Shown here: piece by piece, positions 25,775 through 37,077 of the stretch
Layout: every line of letters begins with the position of its first letter
Numbering within the stretch: the first letter of the stretch is position 1
Virus record (IMG/VR): IMGVR_UViG_3300048549_001527
DNA length: 64,000 bases
Reading direction: 5' to 3' (one strand)
Source of the DNA: a virus
Taxonomy: Duplodnaviria; Caudoviricetes
The notes under the pieces: generated by a model
Seen by the model: only the letters and a program-made list of their open reading frames with translations
The model's database searches: none
Told to the model about the DNA's origin: nothing
Translations under genes and position numbers: made by a program

Positions 25775-26254
25775 TCATAATGCTGTAGGAAATGGGGGAT
25801 TACCTATTTCCGGCAGTTCATCAAATACTGTGTTTGCCCAAAGAACTCCAGTTCTCATTCTAGCATCAGTCCCATAAGGAAGCACTTGCCCAGTGCAGTT
25901 TATGGTTACTGTTTCATCATCATCGTTAAATGTAATACCGCCGTGCAAATTGGCAGGTACAATAATATTAGGAGAAGCTGTATTCAAATCAACCATCCTA
26001 AAAGATAGGTCATCTTCAGTGTACGTTAAACCTTCAGACTGTAACATGCGATTAATACACACAAGTAAAGTAGGTACTACATAAGATTGAAACTCGTATA
26101 TTGGATATCCGTTTTCATCGGTTGTCTCTGTATTGATTGCTGCAAAAAGAGAGCAGTGCTGTGCCCACTCTTGCACTTGATCATCAGTTACTCCATCAAT
26201 TTTAACTGGATATTGGATGTACCAAAGCTTGGTCTGAGTTGGAATATTGCTCAT
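25775..26254 (-). CDS. Hypothetical protein, late
   Basis: 159 aa, downstream of TATAAATA at 26284-26291. Confidence 0.55.
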   Translation of the reverse strand: MSNIPTQTKLWYIQYPVKIDGVTDDQVQEWAQHCSLFAAINTETTDENGYPIYEFQSYVVPTLLVCINRMLQSEGLTYTEDDLSFRMVDLNTASPNIIVPANLHGGITFNDDDETVTINCTGQVLPYGTDARMRTGVLWANTVFDELPEIGNPPFPTAL

Positions 26255-26283
26255 AATAATGCCTCATGTTGATCTGTTTAGTC

Positions 26284-26291
26284 TATTTATA
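26284..26291 (-). promoter_or_regulatory. T4-type late promoter
   Basis: Exact TATAAATA. Confidence 0.6.
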
Positions 26292-26295
26292 AAGA

Positions 26296-26544
26296 CTAGT
26301 CGTAATGCCCACCAAGTACTGCAACTTTTTTGATTTCTTCGTTAAACATTTCAGCTTCTCTTTGCTTCCATGCTTGTTCAAATCCGTCTTCATGGATATA
26401 ACTTTCGTTATTTCCCCAAAGTCTTTTAAAATATGAATCGTAGGTTTTTTCAACTTCTGTGTCGGACCAGGAAACATCAATTAGTTTTCCTTTTATCATC
26501 CAATTCAAACGGTTGGCTTCTTTACGTACAAATGGACTGCGCAT
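26296..26544 (-). CDS. Hypothetical protein
   Basis: 82 aa, SD aggagg. Confidence 0.6.
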   Translation of the reverse strand: MRSPFVRKEANRLNWMIKGKLIDVSWSDTEVEKTYDSYFKRLWGNNESYIHEDGFEQAWKQREAEMFNEEIKKVAVLGGHYD

Positions 26545-26644
26545 GGTGGGACCTCCTATATAAACAATGTAATATTATTTATGTTTTAGTGGTACTTACC
26601 ATGCGCTATGTTAACGGTAACATTCAATATTTATTTAATTTATT

Positions 26645-27055
26645 TTACAAAGCTTTATTTAAATCACCGTGATTACCTTCGTGTGAAGGTGGTTTCCAAC
26701 CCAATGGTTTTAACAAATCAGGCAAACCAAAACGATTAGGTCGGCCAGGTTTTACACCAGGTTCCTTTGCCATGTTAGCTTCGTAAATAGCGTTCCATGC
26801 TTTATTAGCATCAACGCCAAATACATCAAGTGTACCTAACGCGAATACACACATATCAATCAAGCCATCAACAACTTCTTCAGCATCTGAATTATTAATA
26901 GCCGATAATGTTTCTTGGTATTCTTCGCCAATCATAAGCATCCGAAACATCAGATATTTGCTCATCAGATCTTTATCACCACGATTCTTTTGAAACCAAT
27001 CATGCACTCCAAATTTGTCATGCATCATATTCATATCGTTTGCCATATCAGTCAT
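26645..27055 (-). CDS. MazG/PRA-PH-like all-alpha nucleotide pyrophosphohydrolase
   Basis: EEYQE...EEVVDGLID motif, EANMAK, and KP.GW..P tail. Confidence 0.75.
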   Translation of the reverse strand: MTDMANDMNMMHDKFGVHDWFQKNRGDKDLMSKYLMFRMLMIGEEYQETLSAINNSDAEEVVDGLIDMCVFALGTLDVFGVDANKAWNAIYEANMAKEPGVKPGRPNRFGLPDLLKPLGWKPPSHEGNHGDLNKAL

Positions 27056-27230
27056 TATTTTTTAGTCCTTCACTTTTTAAAATTGCGATCTTATCTTTAA
27101 TACGTAGTCTTTCTTTCTTGGCTTTTTGAACATATTTGTCTGGCGCGTTTTCAGCCTCTAGGCATTCAACGACAGTGTTCTGATAACGCCAAGATGCTTC
27201 AAGCGTTGCTAATTTGTGGTTCGGCGTCAT
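27048..27230 (-). CDS. DUF465/YdcH-like small coiled-coil protein
   Basis: KKERLRIKDKIA motif. Confidence 0.5.
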   Translation of the reverse strand: MTPNHKLATLEASWRYQNTVVECLEAENAPDKYVQKAKKERLRIKDKIAILKSEGLKNND

Positions 27231-27239
27231 ATTATTCTC

Positions 27240-29816
27240 CTATGCAAAGAAATCTTCGAGTGTGTTAATTTTTTCGGCAGACCATCCGATAGCTTCAAGG
27301 ATTGCTTCTATTGGGTTTAGGAATACCTTCTCAAACTGTTTATCATAGTCAATGTAATTTGTCAACTCAAATTCAGGGGGTAATACACCTGGAAAAGAAA
27401 TAATGTTTTCTTTAATCGGGTTTGGTACTTTAAGGTATACAAACTTGATCTTTCCACCACCTTCAATTACTTCATACCTTTTGTTTAGCTTAAGTTGTTT
27501 TAGATGATTGTTATATAGAATACATCCACGTACATGCATCGGACAACCTTTCTTATAGGTACCTTTGACAATATACTTACCGATGTTATCAGTACCTGAG
27601 TTGCGTCCAATATCTTCAGGTGGTAACTTTCTGAACTCTTGGCGGAACTCTTCAATAAAGTCCTGCATGGCCGTTTCACCTTCGTTCATAATAACCTTAA
27701 ACGATTTCTTTAGCTTTTCACGGCATACTTCAGGAGTTGACGAGCGAACAGACTCAAGTCCTGTAACAGAAATCTTTGGCTCTTCGTAATGAACGCCTTC
27801 AGAGTTTAGCGTGTTCATAATGTAACGCTTCTTAGCGATGAATACAGATTTATCAGTAATCTTTTCGCGTTTCATACCCATAGCTTGACGATATGCGCCC
27901 ATCTTTTTAGCAAGATCTTCATAGCCGGCTTCAATAACTGGCTCAATCTTCATTTGGCAAACTTTATCTAAGAATGCTTCGCCTTTTTTACGGTCAATAT
28001 CAACAGTGCCAAACGCAGACTCAACAATAGGAGCCATGTCAACATAAATTGAGTCAGTGTCAATATATACAATATAGTCCTGGTTGTCTGTCTTGAGGAT
28101 CTTATTCATATAATCATTAACAGACTTTTGAGCATATCGGATTGATAACTGGCCTGACGTTGTAATTGCTTCAGCCATATCGTTAATATAATATAAAAAG
28201 TAGATATTTGCCATTGCGCCATATAATGAGTTCATACTAATTTTGATAGCCATCTGAGCATTGTGTAGCTGATTTGCTTTTCGTTTTAGTTGCTCTTTTT
28301 GAGCTGAGTCAGTTGCGTTTTCAAGGTCTTGCTCAACTTTCAACATTTCTTGTTTAATGATCTTACGATTTCCATAATATTCATCAATGATTTCAGGAAT
28401 GATACCGAGATGATTATTTGTAAAACAAGCGCCGTTGGCCGCGACCGACATGTCAGTTCTTTGACTTTGATACTTCCCGCTCAATACCATATCCTGCGAT
28501 ACGTTTTCACGTTCATCTTCAAGATATGTTTCAGGAGACATATTGTATTGCAACATCAAGTGAGGATACAGCGAGTTCAAATCAAACGATACAATCCAAG
28601 GATGCATACCGACTTTAGGATCTTTAACATAACCGCCAACCAATTCACCAGCCCTTTGTCCTGGGCCACCTTTAATTGGAGGAATACGATTTTCTTTAAT
28701 TAGTTTACGGTATAAGGTTGTTTCCCATATACCCACAGTACCGAAAGCATCGCCGTAGTTGACTCCACCACCGTATGCAACAGTCATGACTAACTGAAGC
28801 AAACTCGTTTCATCTTCAAATCTTTGGATCAACCATGTATCTTTAAGATTATAGTCAAGATACAGTTGTGGATTTTGTTCATATAAGTTTGTAAGGTTAC
28901 CATACTCAGAATAGTCCATCTTCTTTTCGCCGAGAATAACGTGAGCAATGTGGTCAAGTTTCCACGACTCCTGAGGACCATACTTATAGCCAAACTTTTT
29001 AAACGCATCCATATAGTCAATCACGGCGATGCCACCGATGCGGTATGAACCCTGATCTTTACCGAAGAACTCACGGGAATATGGACGAACAGAACGCCAA
29101 GGAGACAGTTCTTTAATACGTTCTTCACCTAACAGGTTTTTCATACGCGTTATAATATATTGAATGTCAAAGAATTCAACGTTCCAACCTGTAACAATAT
29201 CAGGATAGTCGTTTACCCAAATCTGTAAGAACCTGCGAAGTAATGCCTCTTCGGTATCAAACTTCATGAATTGAATATCATCTTGAGGAATGTTAGTCAG
29301 AGTTTTTGTCTTATCGTAATCTTTACGTCCAAGCAAATGGTAAGTATCAGATTTGGAAGACTTGATTGCAATTGATGTAATTTCTTTATCAGCAAAATCC
29401 ATATCAGGATAGCCGTCAGAAACATCAACCTCGATGTCAAAAGACACAATGTTAATCAACGATGGATCAAATTTGATTTCATTAGGATATTTTTCTTGGA
29501 TGAATTGCGATACGTAATTCGTATTACCACATATTTCAATACCATGAACACCTTTATATTGCTCGGTAAATTCTTTAGCATCTTTCATACTATCAAATTT
29601 CTTTGCGGCAATTGGTTTTTTGGTAAATAAAGATTGGTATTGCGATTCTTGTTTCTGCGTTGTCAAAAACAAGGTTGGCTCGTACTTGACTTTGCGTTCA
29701 AATCTACGGCCGTTTTCGTATCCTCGCCACAAGATTGTATTACCAAATCTTTCGACCGATGTATAAAAGTTAGACATGTTTATCCTTTGTGTATTGTATA
29801 CCGTACATAGTACCAC
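27240..29816 (-). CDS. 43: Family B DNA polymerase gp43
   Basis: FDIE exonuclease [28 protein letters not shown]. Likely start ATG 29777. No intein or intron. Confidence 0.97.
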   Translation of the reverse strand: MVLCTVYNTQRINMSNFYTSVERFGNTILWRGYENGRRFERKVKYEPTLFLTTQKQESQYQSLFTKKPIAAKKFDSMKDAKEFTEQYKGVHGIEICGNTNYVSQFIQEKYPNEIKFDPSLINIVSFDIEVDVSDGYPDMDFADKEITSIAIKSSKSDTYHLLGRKDYDKTKTLTNIPQDDIQFMKFDTEEALLRRFLQIWVNDYPDIVTGWNVEFFDIQYIITRMKNLLGEERIKELSPWRSVRPYSREFFGKDQGSYRIGGIAVIDYMDAFKKFGYKYGPQESWKLDHIAHVILGEKKMDYSEYGNLTNLYEQNPQLYLDYNLKDTWLIQRFEDETSLLQLVMTVAYGGGVNYGDAFGTVGIWETTLYRKLIKENRIPPIKGGPGQRAGELVGGYVKDPKVGMHPWIVSFDLNSLYPHLMLQYNMSPETYLEDERENVSQDMVLSGKYQSQRTDMSVAANGACFTNNHLGIIPEIIDEYYGNRKIIKQEMLKVEQDLENATDSAQKEQLKRKANQLHNAQMAIKISMNSLYGAMANIYFLYYINDMAEAITTSGQLSIRYAQKSVNDYMNKILKTDNQDYIVYIDTDSIYVDMAPIVESAFGTVDIDRKKGEAFLDKVCQMKIEPVIEAGYEDLAKKMGAYRQAMGMKREKITDKSVFIAKKRYIMNTLNSEGVHYEEPKISVTGLESVRSSTPEVCREKLKKSFKVIMNEGETAMQDFIEEFRQEFRKLPPEDIGRNSGTDNIGKYIVKGTYKKGCPMHVRGCILYNNHLKQLKLNKRYEVIEGGGKIKFVYLKVPNPIKENIISFPGVLPPEFELTNYIDYDKQFEKVFLNPIEAILEAIGWSAEKINTLEDFFA

Positions 29817-29831
29817 TTAATGTTGAATTTG

Positions 29832-30530
29832 TCAACCATTATTTGTGAGATACATCATAAAACCTGAACCCCACCCAATAGGCCATTCGCCAGTCAACCA
29901 TTCATCATCATACGCCTTTTGCTTATGCTTAGGATCAAGATATCTAATCTTACCATTATATTTAGAAAGTAAATTGTCTCTGATCCACATGAATTGTTTA
30001 GGAGCATCTTCAAATACATCAAGATGCCATTCGACTGCAATATGTTTAACGTTATTACATAGGAAATCCCAATTTCTTTCAGTAAAGATACTATACTCCC
30101 CACCTTCAATATCAATCTTAAGATAGTCAATATGGTTTATGTTATGCTTATACAAGAACTCAGAAAAGACCATAGTCTTAGCATTAGAATCACTAAAAGA
30201 ATTCAAAGTATGATCTTTTTCAGATCCAATGAATGCGTTCTCAGGCACAACCGATCCTGGGTTCTCTACTAAATGCGGTAAAACGTTTTTCATAGTTGTT
30301 GATAGTAATTGCAGACTTGGCTCTACTGAATACACCTTCGAGGCTCCTAAGTCTAAAGCGCGACACGTAAACATACCTACGCAAGCTCCAAGGTCAACTA
30401 CAATATCACCAGCCTTAACTGGTACCCACCAATCATATGTCTCTTTATGAAAGAATTCTTTAAACATTGTTTCAAGTGTTTCAAGATCATTAAGTCCTTC
30501 GGTAGACATTGAGTTATTTAACAAAGTCAA
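29832..30530 (-). CDS. FkbM-family methyltransferase
   Basis: VVDLGACVG and IDYLKIDIEGGE motifs. Confidence 0.8.
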   Translation of the reverse strand: MTLLNNSMSTEGLNDLETLETMFKEFFHKETYDWWVPVKAGDIVVDLGACVGMFTCRALDLGASKVYSVEPSLQLLSTTMKNVLPHLVENPGSVVPENAFIGSEKDHTLNSFSDSNAKTMVFSEFLYKHNINHIDYLKIDIEGGEYSIFTERNWDFLCNNVKHIAVEWHLDVFEDAPKQFMWIRDNLLSKYNGKIRYLDPKHKQKAYDDEWLTGEWPIGWGSGFMMYLTNNG

Positions 30531-32239
30531 GCTGTAACCTCACTAAAGTTTTTAACTTTTTGAAAACGAATATGATTATCAAACTTATCACCAAACTGAT
30601 GACCACGATGGCTAATAACAAATATATTATCATCAGCGTTTAGATTATGTAATGTGTCAATAAGATTTTCAATACCGACTGAGTCAAGAGCGCCATCCAA
30701 CGTTTCGTCAAGTAGCAATAAATTGGTAGAAACAGAATTTCTTAGTTTCGCAACAGAACGCCAAGCCAACATAATTGACAACGTGATCCTGAGCTTTTCG
30801 CCTTCGCTGAACGATGCGTAAGAAAACGCGTCGCGGAACCTTGACTTAATTACTTCATTAAAGTTTTCGTCAAGTTGGAAGTCAACAAATAAATCAAACG
30901 CGCCGAGGTACTTATTAATTAGTTTGTTCATAACAGGAATGTATTGACGAATGATCTTTGCTTTAATACCACCATCTCTTAACATTGTTTGGACAACGCT
31001 AATTACTTCTTTTTGATTAAACAAATCCTGCTGTTTTATTTCAAATTCTTTTAATTTTGTACTTAACTCTTCGAGCTTTGATGTATCAACTGCTTCAACC
31101 TGTTCTTCAGCTTTTGTTAATTCATTCTTATATGATTTCAAAGCATTCATAGATACCTTAATAGTTGCACGATGGTCGCCAATAGTCAAATTAAGTTCAG
31201 AAATCTGATCCTCAACGTTTGATATTTCTTCAACTCGCGTTTCGTAGCTTGTTATCTTTTCCAATAACTGTTCAAGACCGCCGTCAAGTTCGCCAATCTT
31301 TTTACCTTTATCGGTAATAATAGTTTCTTTGAAATCGTGTTCAATACCCTGTTTACATGTTGGGCAGTTATCGTGATTGTTATAAAAAGAAAGCTCATCA
31401 TGATGGCTACGAAGTTTAATAGCTAATTCTTGTTTTAATTTCTTTGCTTTGTCAATCTTTGATTTGACTGATTGCTTATCTGTAATAGTTTTAACCAGTT
31501 CTTCAATATTTGTTTGAAGCTGCTCTATTGCTTCTTTTTCTTCTTCGACCTTAACTAAATGGCCTGACATTTTTTCACGTACTTTTTCAACTTCATCTTC
31601 ACGGATCTTACGGATTGAAGCGTTGTGCTCCTTTGCAGAATCAAGCTTTTGCTCTGTAAGATCCATTTGGTAACCAGTTTCAGCAATATTATCTTTATTA
31701 ATTGATACACGATCTTTTAGCAAAGTATTCATTGTACTAAAGACTTGAATATCTAACAAATCTTCGATAATATCGCGACGTGTATGAGCAGGCAACTCCA
31801 TAAACGGAACATAGGTTGCACTACCTAATACTACAATTTGATTAAATGATTTATAATTTAAGTTGAGAATGTTTTGCTCAAGATACGATTGGTAATCTCG
31901 AGACGCAGCGTCCTGATTTATGACTTCACCATTTTTCCATATTTCAAAGACGACGGGCTTAATGCCACGGCGAACCATATATTTGTTTTGACCAATTTGA
32001 AACTCTATTTCAACAAGAGTGTCTCGACCATTAATACTGTTAATAAGTTGGTTCTTATTAATTTTACGAAATGCTTTACCGTATAAACCAAAAACGATAG
32101 CGTCCAACAATGTTGACTTACCGCTACCATTTGTACCGCTGATTAAAGTTGTTCTGTTATTATTAAGCGGGATTGTTGTCCAAGAATTACCAGACGACAG
32201 TAAATTTTTATAACGAACAGTTTTAAATTCAATCTTCAT
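30527..32239 (-). CDS. 46: Recombination endonuclease ATPase subunit gp46 (Rad50-like)
   Basis: GTNGSGKS, CPTC hook, SFSEGEK, LLLDE. Confidence 0.95.
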   Translation of the reverse strand: MKIEFKTVRYKNLLSSGNSWTTIPLNNNRTTLISGTNGSGKSTLLDAIVFGLYGKAFRKINKNQLINSINGRDTLVEIEFQIGQNKYMVRRGIKPVVFEIWKNGEVINQDAASRDYQSYLEQNILNLNYKSFNQIVVLGSATYVPFMELPAHTRRDIIEDLLDIQVFSTMNTLLKDRVSINKDNIAETGYQMDLTEQKLDSAKEHNASIRKIREDEVEKVREKMSGHLVKVEEEKEAIEQLQTNIEELVKTITDKQSVKSKIDKAKKLKQELAIKLRSHHDELSFYNNHDNCPTCKQGIEHDFKETIITDKGKKIGELDGGLEQLLEKITSYETRVEEISNVEDQISELNLTIGDHRATIKVSMNALKSYKNELTKAEEQVEAVDTSKLEELSTKLKEFEIKQQDLFNQKEVISVVQTMLRDGGIKAKIIRQYIPVMNKLINKYLGAFDLFVDFQLDENFNEVIKSRFRDAFSYASFSEGEKLRITLSIMLAWRSVAKLRNSVSTNLLLLDETLDGALDSVGIENLIDTLHNLNADDNIFVISHRGHQFGDKFDNHIRFQKVKNFSEVTA

Positions 32240-33306
32240 GCAACCTGCTGTGCCTCAATATATAAATCATCAATTAACATTTTAATATCTTTCCTATCAA
32301 CCTTCGTGTCAAGAGAGTCAATATAACTATGTAGGATTTCTTTTGTATCCTTTGTTTCATCAAGGATATCTTCAACCCCTTCTGACTCTAAATTAAGACT
32401 GTCCTCAATAGCTTTAACATCAGCAGCGCCTGCGTCAGTTAATTTATTAATGAACAAGTCATATATGTATGGATTGGAACGTTCTTTCACAATCACTTTA
32501 ATATATGCATCTTTGATATTATCAGTATCCAAGGATGCAATTTCTTCAATAGTCATATCAGTATCGTCGTAGTCTATCTTATGATAGATTTGAAACGGAT
32601 TTAAGATCCATTCCAATTCACGGGTTTCAGTATCAAGTATACGGAAACCACGACGCCCTTCGTAATCGGACCAAGTCATTTCATACGGAGCGCCAAGGTA
32701 CTTAATATTGCCATACTCTGAAGGATGGTGAAAGTGTCCTGAGTAAACTTGCTCAAAATGAGTGAACACATCTTTCTGTAAACCGTGGTCGTTAATTGCG
32801 CCTTTCAACATTTCAAAACCTTGAATAGCAAAGTGGCCCATACAAATGTTTGCAGTTGAGTTTTTTATTGCCGTAAGACTTGTTTCCATATTATCTTTTG
32901 TAAGCCATGGAACCATAATAACACTAGTTGACCCAAATGTCAACTCAATTGGATTGTCTTGATAAATGTTGAAGTTTGAATACTCTTGAAGCAATAGGTT
33001 CATCGAGTTAACTTCGTTGGTGTTTGTATAATATACAGAATGATTTCCAACGATTGCATGATATTCAATGTTGCGATTTGATAATTGGTCAAAGAACATT
33101 TTCTTAGCTCTTGCAAGTGTAACATAATTGACATACTTGCGGCGGTCAAACGTATCACCAAGATCTAGAACAATCTTAATATCATGTTTATCTAAATACG
33201 GAAAAAATATTTCGCTGAAAAACTTTTCTTGATGATCCAAGAATACTTTAGAGTCACCTCGTACACCGAGATGCATATCTGTAATAATTGCTATTTTCAT
33301 TACCAA
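32236..33306 (-). CDS. 47: Recombination endonuclease subunit gp47 (Mre11-like)
   Basis: TDMHLG, LGDTFD, VGNH, SGHFH motifs. Confidence 0.95.
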   Translation of the reverse strand: MVMKIAIITDMHLGVRGDSKVFLDHQEKFFSEIFFPYLDKHDIKIVLDLGDTFDRRKYVNYVTLARAKKMFFDQLSNRNIEYHAIVGNHSVYYTNTNEVNSMNLLLQEYSNFNIYQDNPIELTFGSTSVIMVPWLTKDNMETSLTAIKNSTANICMGHFAIQGFEMLKGAINDHGLQKDVFTHFEQVYSGHFHHPSEYGNIKYLGAPYEMTWSDYEGRRGFRILDTETRELEWILNPFQIYHKIDYDDTDMTIEEIASLDTDNIKDAYIKVIVKERSNPYIYDLFINKLTDAGAADVKAIEDSLNLESEGVEDILDETKDTKEILHSYIDSLDTKVDRKDIKMLIDDLYIEAQQVA

Positions 33307-33509
33307 AATCCTAACGTTTTACCATTGCCACCTATAATCATAAAGCAAGTAACAATATGTAGTACTATCCAAAATGTTCTAAACCAAAGAGCCTTCATAA
33401 CATCCTTTTGAGTAATCGGAAGGTTTTCAGGTTTATCATTATCATTTAATCCTATAGGCATTCCAACAGTTCTTGCCCAGAGTTTAAACCATTTGCGCTG
33501 ACCGCTCAT
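33300..33509 (-). CDS. Small membrane hypothetical protein
   Basis: 69 aa; hydrophobic C-terminal segment. Confidence 0.55.
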   Translation of the reverse strand: MSGQRKWFKLWARTVGMPIGLNDNDKPENLPITQKDVMKALWFRTFWIVLHIVTCFMIIGGNGKTLGFW

Positions 33510-33979
33510 AAATTACCTTTATTATAGATTAACCATACTATAAACACAAAAACACTGGATGTCAATAGAAATAAGAATATTCCTGCTGTCCACTCTATAC
33601 ATTTTTCTTTAAATTCCTGCGCAGCATATACTGCTTCCTTTTGATCTTGTTTAATTTGATTTTCAATTCTAAGGATTTCTTGCCAAGCTGATGGACCGTA
33701 ATTCGATGATATAAAACTACGGAGTTCATCTCTCATATTTTCAACCTTTTTCTTTTCAGCCCAAATTTGAACAGCGTCTGCTTTAGATTTGCTACCAAGA
33801 GCTTTGTACCATTTTGGTTTTTCAGTCTTGTCTGCGGCATAATTAAAATCAGATATAGCTTTTGACCATTGGCCGAGTTGACCTGCCATGTCTTGAATGT
33901 CGCGACCAACAGAAACTGCTTTTTTGATTCCGTTGAACGCTGCAGTTGCTGCAGCAACCGCTGTAAATGGATCTACCAT
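33506..33979 (-). CDS. Hypothetical membrane-anchored coiled-coil protein
   Basis: 157 aa; C-terminal TM segment. Confidence 0.55.
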   Translation of the reverse strand: MVDPFTAVAAATAAFNGIKKAVSVGRDIQDMAGQLGQWSKAISDFNYAADKTEKPKWYKALGSKSKADAVQIWAEKKKVENMRDELRSFISSNYGPSAWQEILRIENQIKQDQKEAVYAAQEFKEKCIEWTAGIFLFLLTSSVFVFIVWLIYNKGNL

Positions 33980-34066
33980 ATGATAACCTTTCTAGATCAA
34001 ACATTTTGTATATCATATGGTAATTAATATAAGTCAAGTTTTGAAAAAATTATTTATTCTCCAATA

Positions 34067-34570
34067 CTATTTTTTCTTCTCTTTATCACGAGTTAATTTG
34101 TCTTCAAAGTCTTGAACAAATGCATTCATATAATCAGCATTAGTATTTAAATTGAGAACCACTTCGTCGCCAGCGTACGTTCCGCCAGTTGCAATCATAC
34201 TTTGTGAAGATTTAAAACGAATATACATTTGCTTCTTTTCTTTTTGAATGCGCCGTAAAAACGCGTACCAAATGATTTGCGTAAAGTATGCAAATGGATT
34301 CTGCGATTTTTCAGGATTAAAGTTATTGATATATTGTAGGCAATTTTCAATGCCGTCTGATATCATATCTTCTTTGTACGAATAACCACTGAAGTTTGGT
34401 TTTGTCGCGAGTCTTGTTGCGATTTGATAAATGCATTTGCCAATGTAATCAGGTACGCGTGGTACTATTTCACCTTGGTCTTCTGCTTCGACACAATCTT
34501 TTTTGTAATTGATTAACGCTTCTAGCAGATCTTTGTTGTTTACGTAATTCCGTTTGCGAGGTTTCGCCAT
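34067..34570 (-). CDS. 55: Late sigma factor gp55
   Basis: NYVNNK, YIGKC...IA..L..KPNF.GY.YKEDMI.DG.ENC, NPFAYFTQI...AFLRRI.KEK. Confidence 0.95.
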   Translation of the reverse strand: MAKPRKRNYVNNKDLLEALINYKKDCVEAEDQGEIVPRVPDYIGKCIYQIATRLATKPNFSGYSYKEDMISDGIENCLQYINNFNPEKSQNPFAYFTQIIWYAFLRRIQKEKKQMYIRFKSSQSMIATGGTYAGDEVVLNLNTNADYMNAFVQDFEDKLTRDKEKKK

Positions 34571-34633
34571 GGACGGTGTCCTCCTTTATTGTGGTTATAT
34601 TAATATAGTATTCTAAAAATACTAATATGTCAA

Positions 34634-35233
34634 CTACTTTTTTCTAACATCGCGTGCTGATACAAAAGATGGTTCTTCTGGATCTCGCAGCTCATATACA
34701 AAAAATTCGTTAAGTAATTCTATCCATTGATCTTTTTTGATACGATTAAGAAAAAATCCTTTGTAATGCTCTCGGTGTTCTACACCCCAAGTATCATCTT
34801 CGTAATGGTCAAATGTAGGCGGTATTTGTTTTTTATGATCTGAAAGGTCAATATGTATTCCGCCTGAGCCTTCATCGTCTATCTTATTATACATCCCAAC
34901 AAGAGTATCAAATACTTCGCCCTCAGGTATATGTTCTAAAACGGAATCACACCTGAACTGTTCTGCCATAATGTAAGAAGGCATATCGTTTCTGATATCA
35001 TCAATCACATATATATCATGTAAACGAAACGAATATTCATGTTTCTTTATCCAAACGTTTTTAGCCGTTTGAGTATATCCTGCTACAAGTAAATCTATAA
35101 ATTGTTTTGACGCGTTGTGCTTAATCGGCCTACGATCTATTCCAACATACGGAACATCTTTTGGAACTGGCCAATAAGTTTGCTTATGTTGAAATTGGCT
35201 AAGATCGTAACCGCAACCAAAGTCTATAAACAT
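34634..35233 (-). CDS. SAM-dependent methyltransferase-like protein
   Basis: IDFGCG, YVGID and SVLEHIP motifs. Confidence 0.55.
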   Translation of the reverse strand: MFIDFGCGYDLSQFQHKQTYWPVPKDVPYVGIDRRPIKHNASKQFIDLLVAGYTQTAKNVWIKKHEYSFRLHDIYVIDDIRNDMPSYIMAEQFRCDSVLEHIPEGEVFDTLVGMYNKIDDEGSGGIHIDLSDHKKQIPPTFDHYEDDTWGVEHREHYKGFFLNRIKKDQWIELLNEFFVYELRDPEEPSFVSARDVRKK

Positions 35234-35260
35234 TTTTTTTCCTTTTTATGAAAATATTGG

Positions 35261-35309
35261 TTGACATACTCTGGATACTGTGTATAATAGACTTATGTCT
35301 CTATAAATA
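35261..35309 (+). promoter_or_regulatory. sigma70-like promoter plus late promoter, antisense to uvsW
   Basis: TTGACA 35261, 16-nt spacer, TATAAT 35283; TATAAATA at 35302-35309. Confidence 0.45.
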
Positions 35310-35313
35310 ATAA

Positions 35314-36807
35314 TTAGATGTTAACTGTATATATCTTATATGGGAATTGTTCAGAACCATAAATCTCAATACGTTTACGGAAATGTTTGAGAGTATAGTT
35401 TTCAAACGATCCTACTGATAGGTCGTCAGTAATATCATACAACGTAGCTTTATCTGCGTCGTTACCTTTCCTAAGAGTCCGTCCGATTGATTGAAGTACT
35501 TTGATTTCAGATTTAGAACCAGACGCAAAGATTACGTTATCCAATTTCTTAAGGTTAACACCAGTTGAGAATACACCATACGATGCAAGAATGTCATGTT
35601 GCTTAATTGGATCATTTTCAATCATATGACGAATACGTTCACGTTCTTCACCTTTTGTTGCGCCATATATAAAATGTAGTTGACGATCGTCTCTCCGAAG
35701 GAGTGGCTCTAATATCTTACCATGTTTTTCAACCAAATCAAACAACACTAAGTTATTTTGATTTTTAAGAGACCATAACAAGTTGCGAATGAATATGTTT
35801 CTTTTTTCGTTATTAACAATAAACTCTCTTTCAGCTGGGTACTTTTTCTGAGTTTCTTTAACTTGTTTAAAAGCGTCTTTAAACTTTTTACGTGTTTCGT
35901 TATTATGAGAAAGAACAATTGCTTTGATGTTGAAATCTGCAACTGTTCCGCTTTCAATTAAATCCTTAGTATTAACAAAGCGACGAACAGGACCAAAGCA
36001 ACCTTCAAGAACAAGTTGGTGTGTTTTGCTTTCCTCAGTTTTTAGTGTACCTGTAAATCCATGTCGGTAATAACATTCGTCTAAACCTTCCATGATTTTT
36101 TGCAAAGACTTAGCTTGGAACAAGTGAGCTTCGTCTCCTAATGCAACTTTAAATTGAGAGAACCAATCCTTTGGCTGTTTAATTAGTGATTGCCAAGTAC
36201 TTATAACAATAGGAGCTGAAGTATTCTTATCGACACCTCCTTGTATTTTATAAATCAAACTAGGATCGCAACCATAGTCTTCGAAGTCACCGGCCATCTG
36301 ATGAACAAGACCAATTGTAGGAACAATGATTAAGGTTCTATGACCATAAGTTTCATAATAATGTTGTTGCATAAGATAAATGATTAATGATTTACCTGAT
36401 GAAGTTGGCGATAACGATAATGATCTGCGATCTCGTAACGCGCTAACAATATAATCGTTTTGATAATCTCGAGGCTCGAATTTACAGTTTATATCTTTAG
36501 CAATTTGATAACCATAATCATCAGGAATATCATCACCGTGTATAAGATCGTCGTCAGCATTAATAGTATAACCTCTGTCTTCACAGAATTTAATTAGGTG
36601 TTTCATCAAACCGACGTAAAGCGTTGGCCGCATAGGTTGATATAAGCGGATCCAACCATCCCACATACGATTTTTGTATGCAGGAGTAAATTGATAATTA
36701 TTTGGTCTAAATGAAAAGAATTGCTGAATCTCTTGACGAGTTCCAGGATCTGCGGTTACTTTCAAATAAACAGCATTAATCTGTTCAACATTTACAACGT
36801 CAGTCAT
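35314..36807 (-). CDS. uvsW: SF2 helicase UvsW
   Basis: PRDYQ, SPTSSGKS, GDEAH, GFTGT, QSIGR.LR. Confidence 0.95.
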   Translation of the reverse strand: MTDVVNVEQINAVYLKVTADPGTRQEIQQFFSFRPNNYQFTPAYKNRMWDGWIRLYQPMRPTLYVGLMKHLIKFCEDRGYTINADDDLIHGDDIPDDYGYQIAKDINCKFEPRDYQNDYIVSALRDRRSLSLSPTSSGKSLIIYLMQQHYYETYGHRTLIIVPTIGLVHQMAGDFEDYGCDPSLIYKIQGGVDKNTSAPIVISTWQSLIKQPKDWFSQFKVALGDEAHLFQAKSLQKIMEGLDECYYRHGFTGTLKTEESKTHQLVLEGCFGPVRRFVNTKDLIESGTVADFNIKAIVLSHNNETRKKFKDAFKQVKETQKKYPAEREFIVNNEKRNIFIRNLLWSLKNQNNLVLFDLVEKHGKILEPLLRRDDRQLHFIYGATKGEERERIRHMIENDPIKQHDILASYGVFSTGVNLKKLDNVIFASGSKSEIKVLQSIGRTLRKGNDADKATLYDITDDLSVGSFENYTLKHFRKRIEIYGSEQFPYKIYTVNI

Positions 36808-36813
36808 ATAATC

Positions 36814-37077
36814 CTATACTTCAATATCTACGAATTCACCTTCAGTAACAGCAGGTAAAATCTTATCTCCATTTGGAGCATATCGCAATACCGCTTGTTG
36901 TCTGAGTATATTTATCTCTTCTATCCGCTCTTCGATTTCCTTAACTCGATGGCTAGCAATCTCAGCTCGAGTGGCAGCTTCAACAACACGAACACGTTCT
37001 TTTTCCAAAGGCGGTAAAATGTTTTCGCTATTAGGATACACTATCGGATGCCCATACACGTTATTAATTTCTGTCAT
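36814..37077 (-). CDS. Hypothetical protein
   Basis: 87-aa ORF coupled to uvsY. Confidence 0.5.
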   Translation of the reverse strand: MTEINNVYGHPIVYPNSENILPPLEKERVRVVEAATRAEIASHRVKEIEERIEEINILRQQAVLRYAPNGDKILPAVTEGEFVDIEV

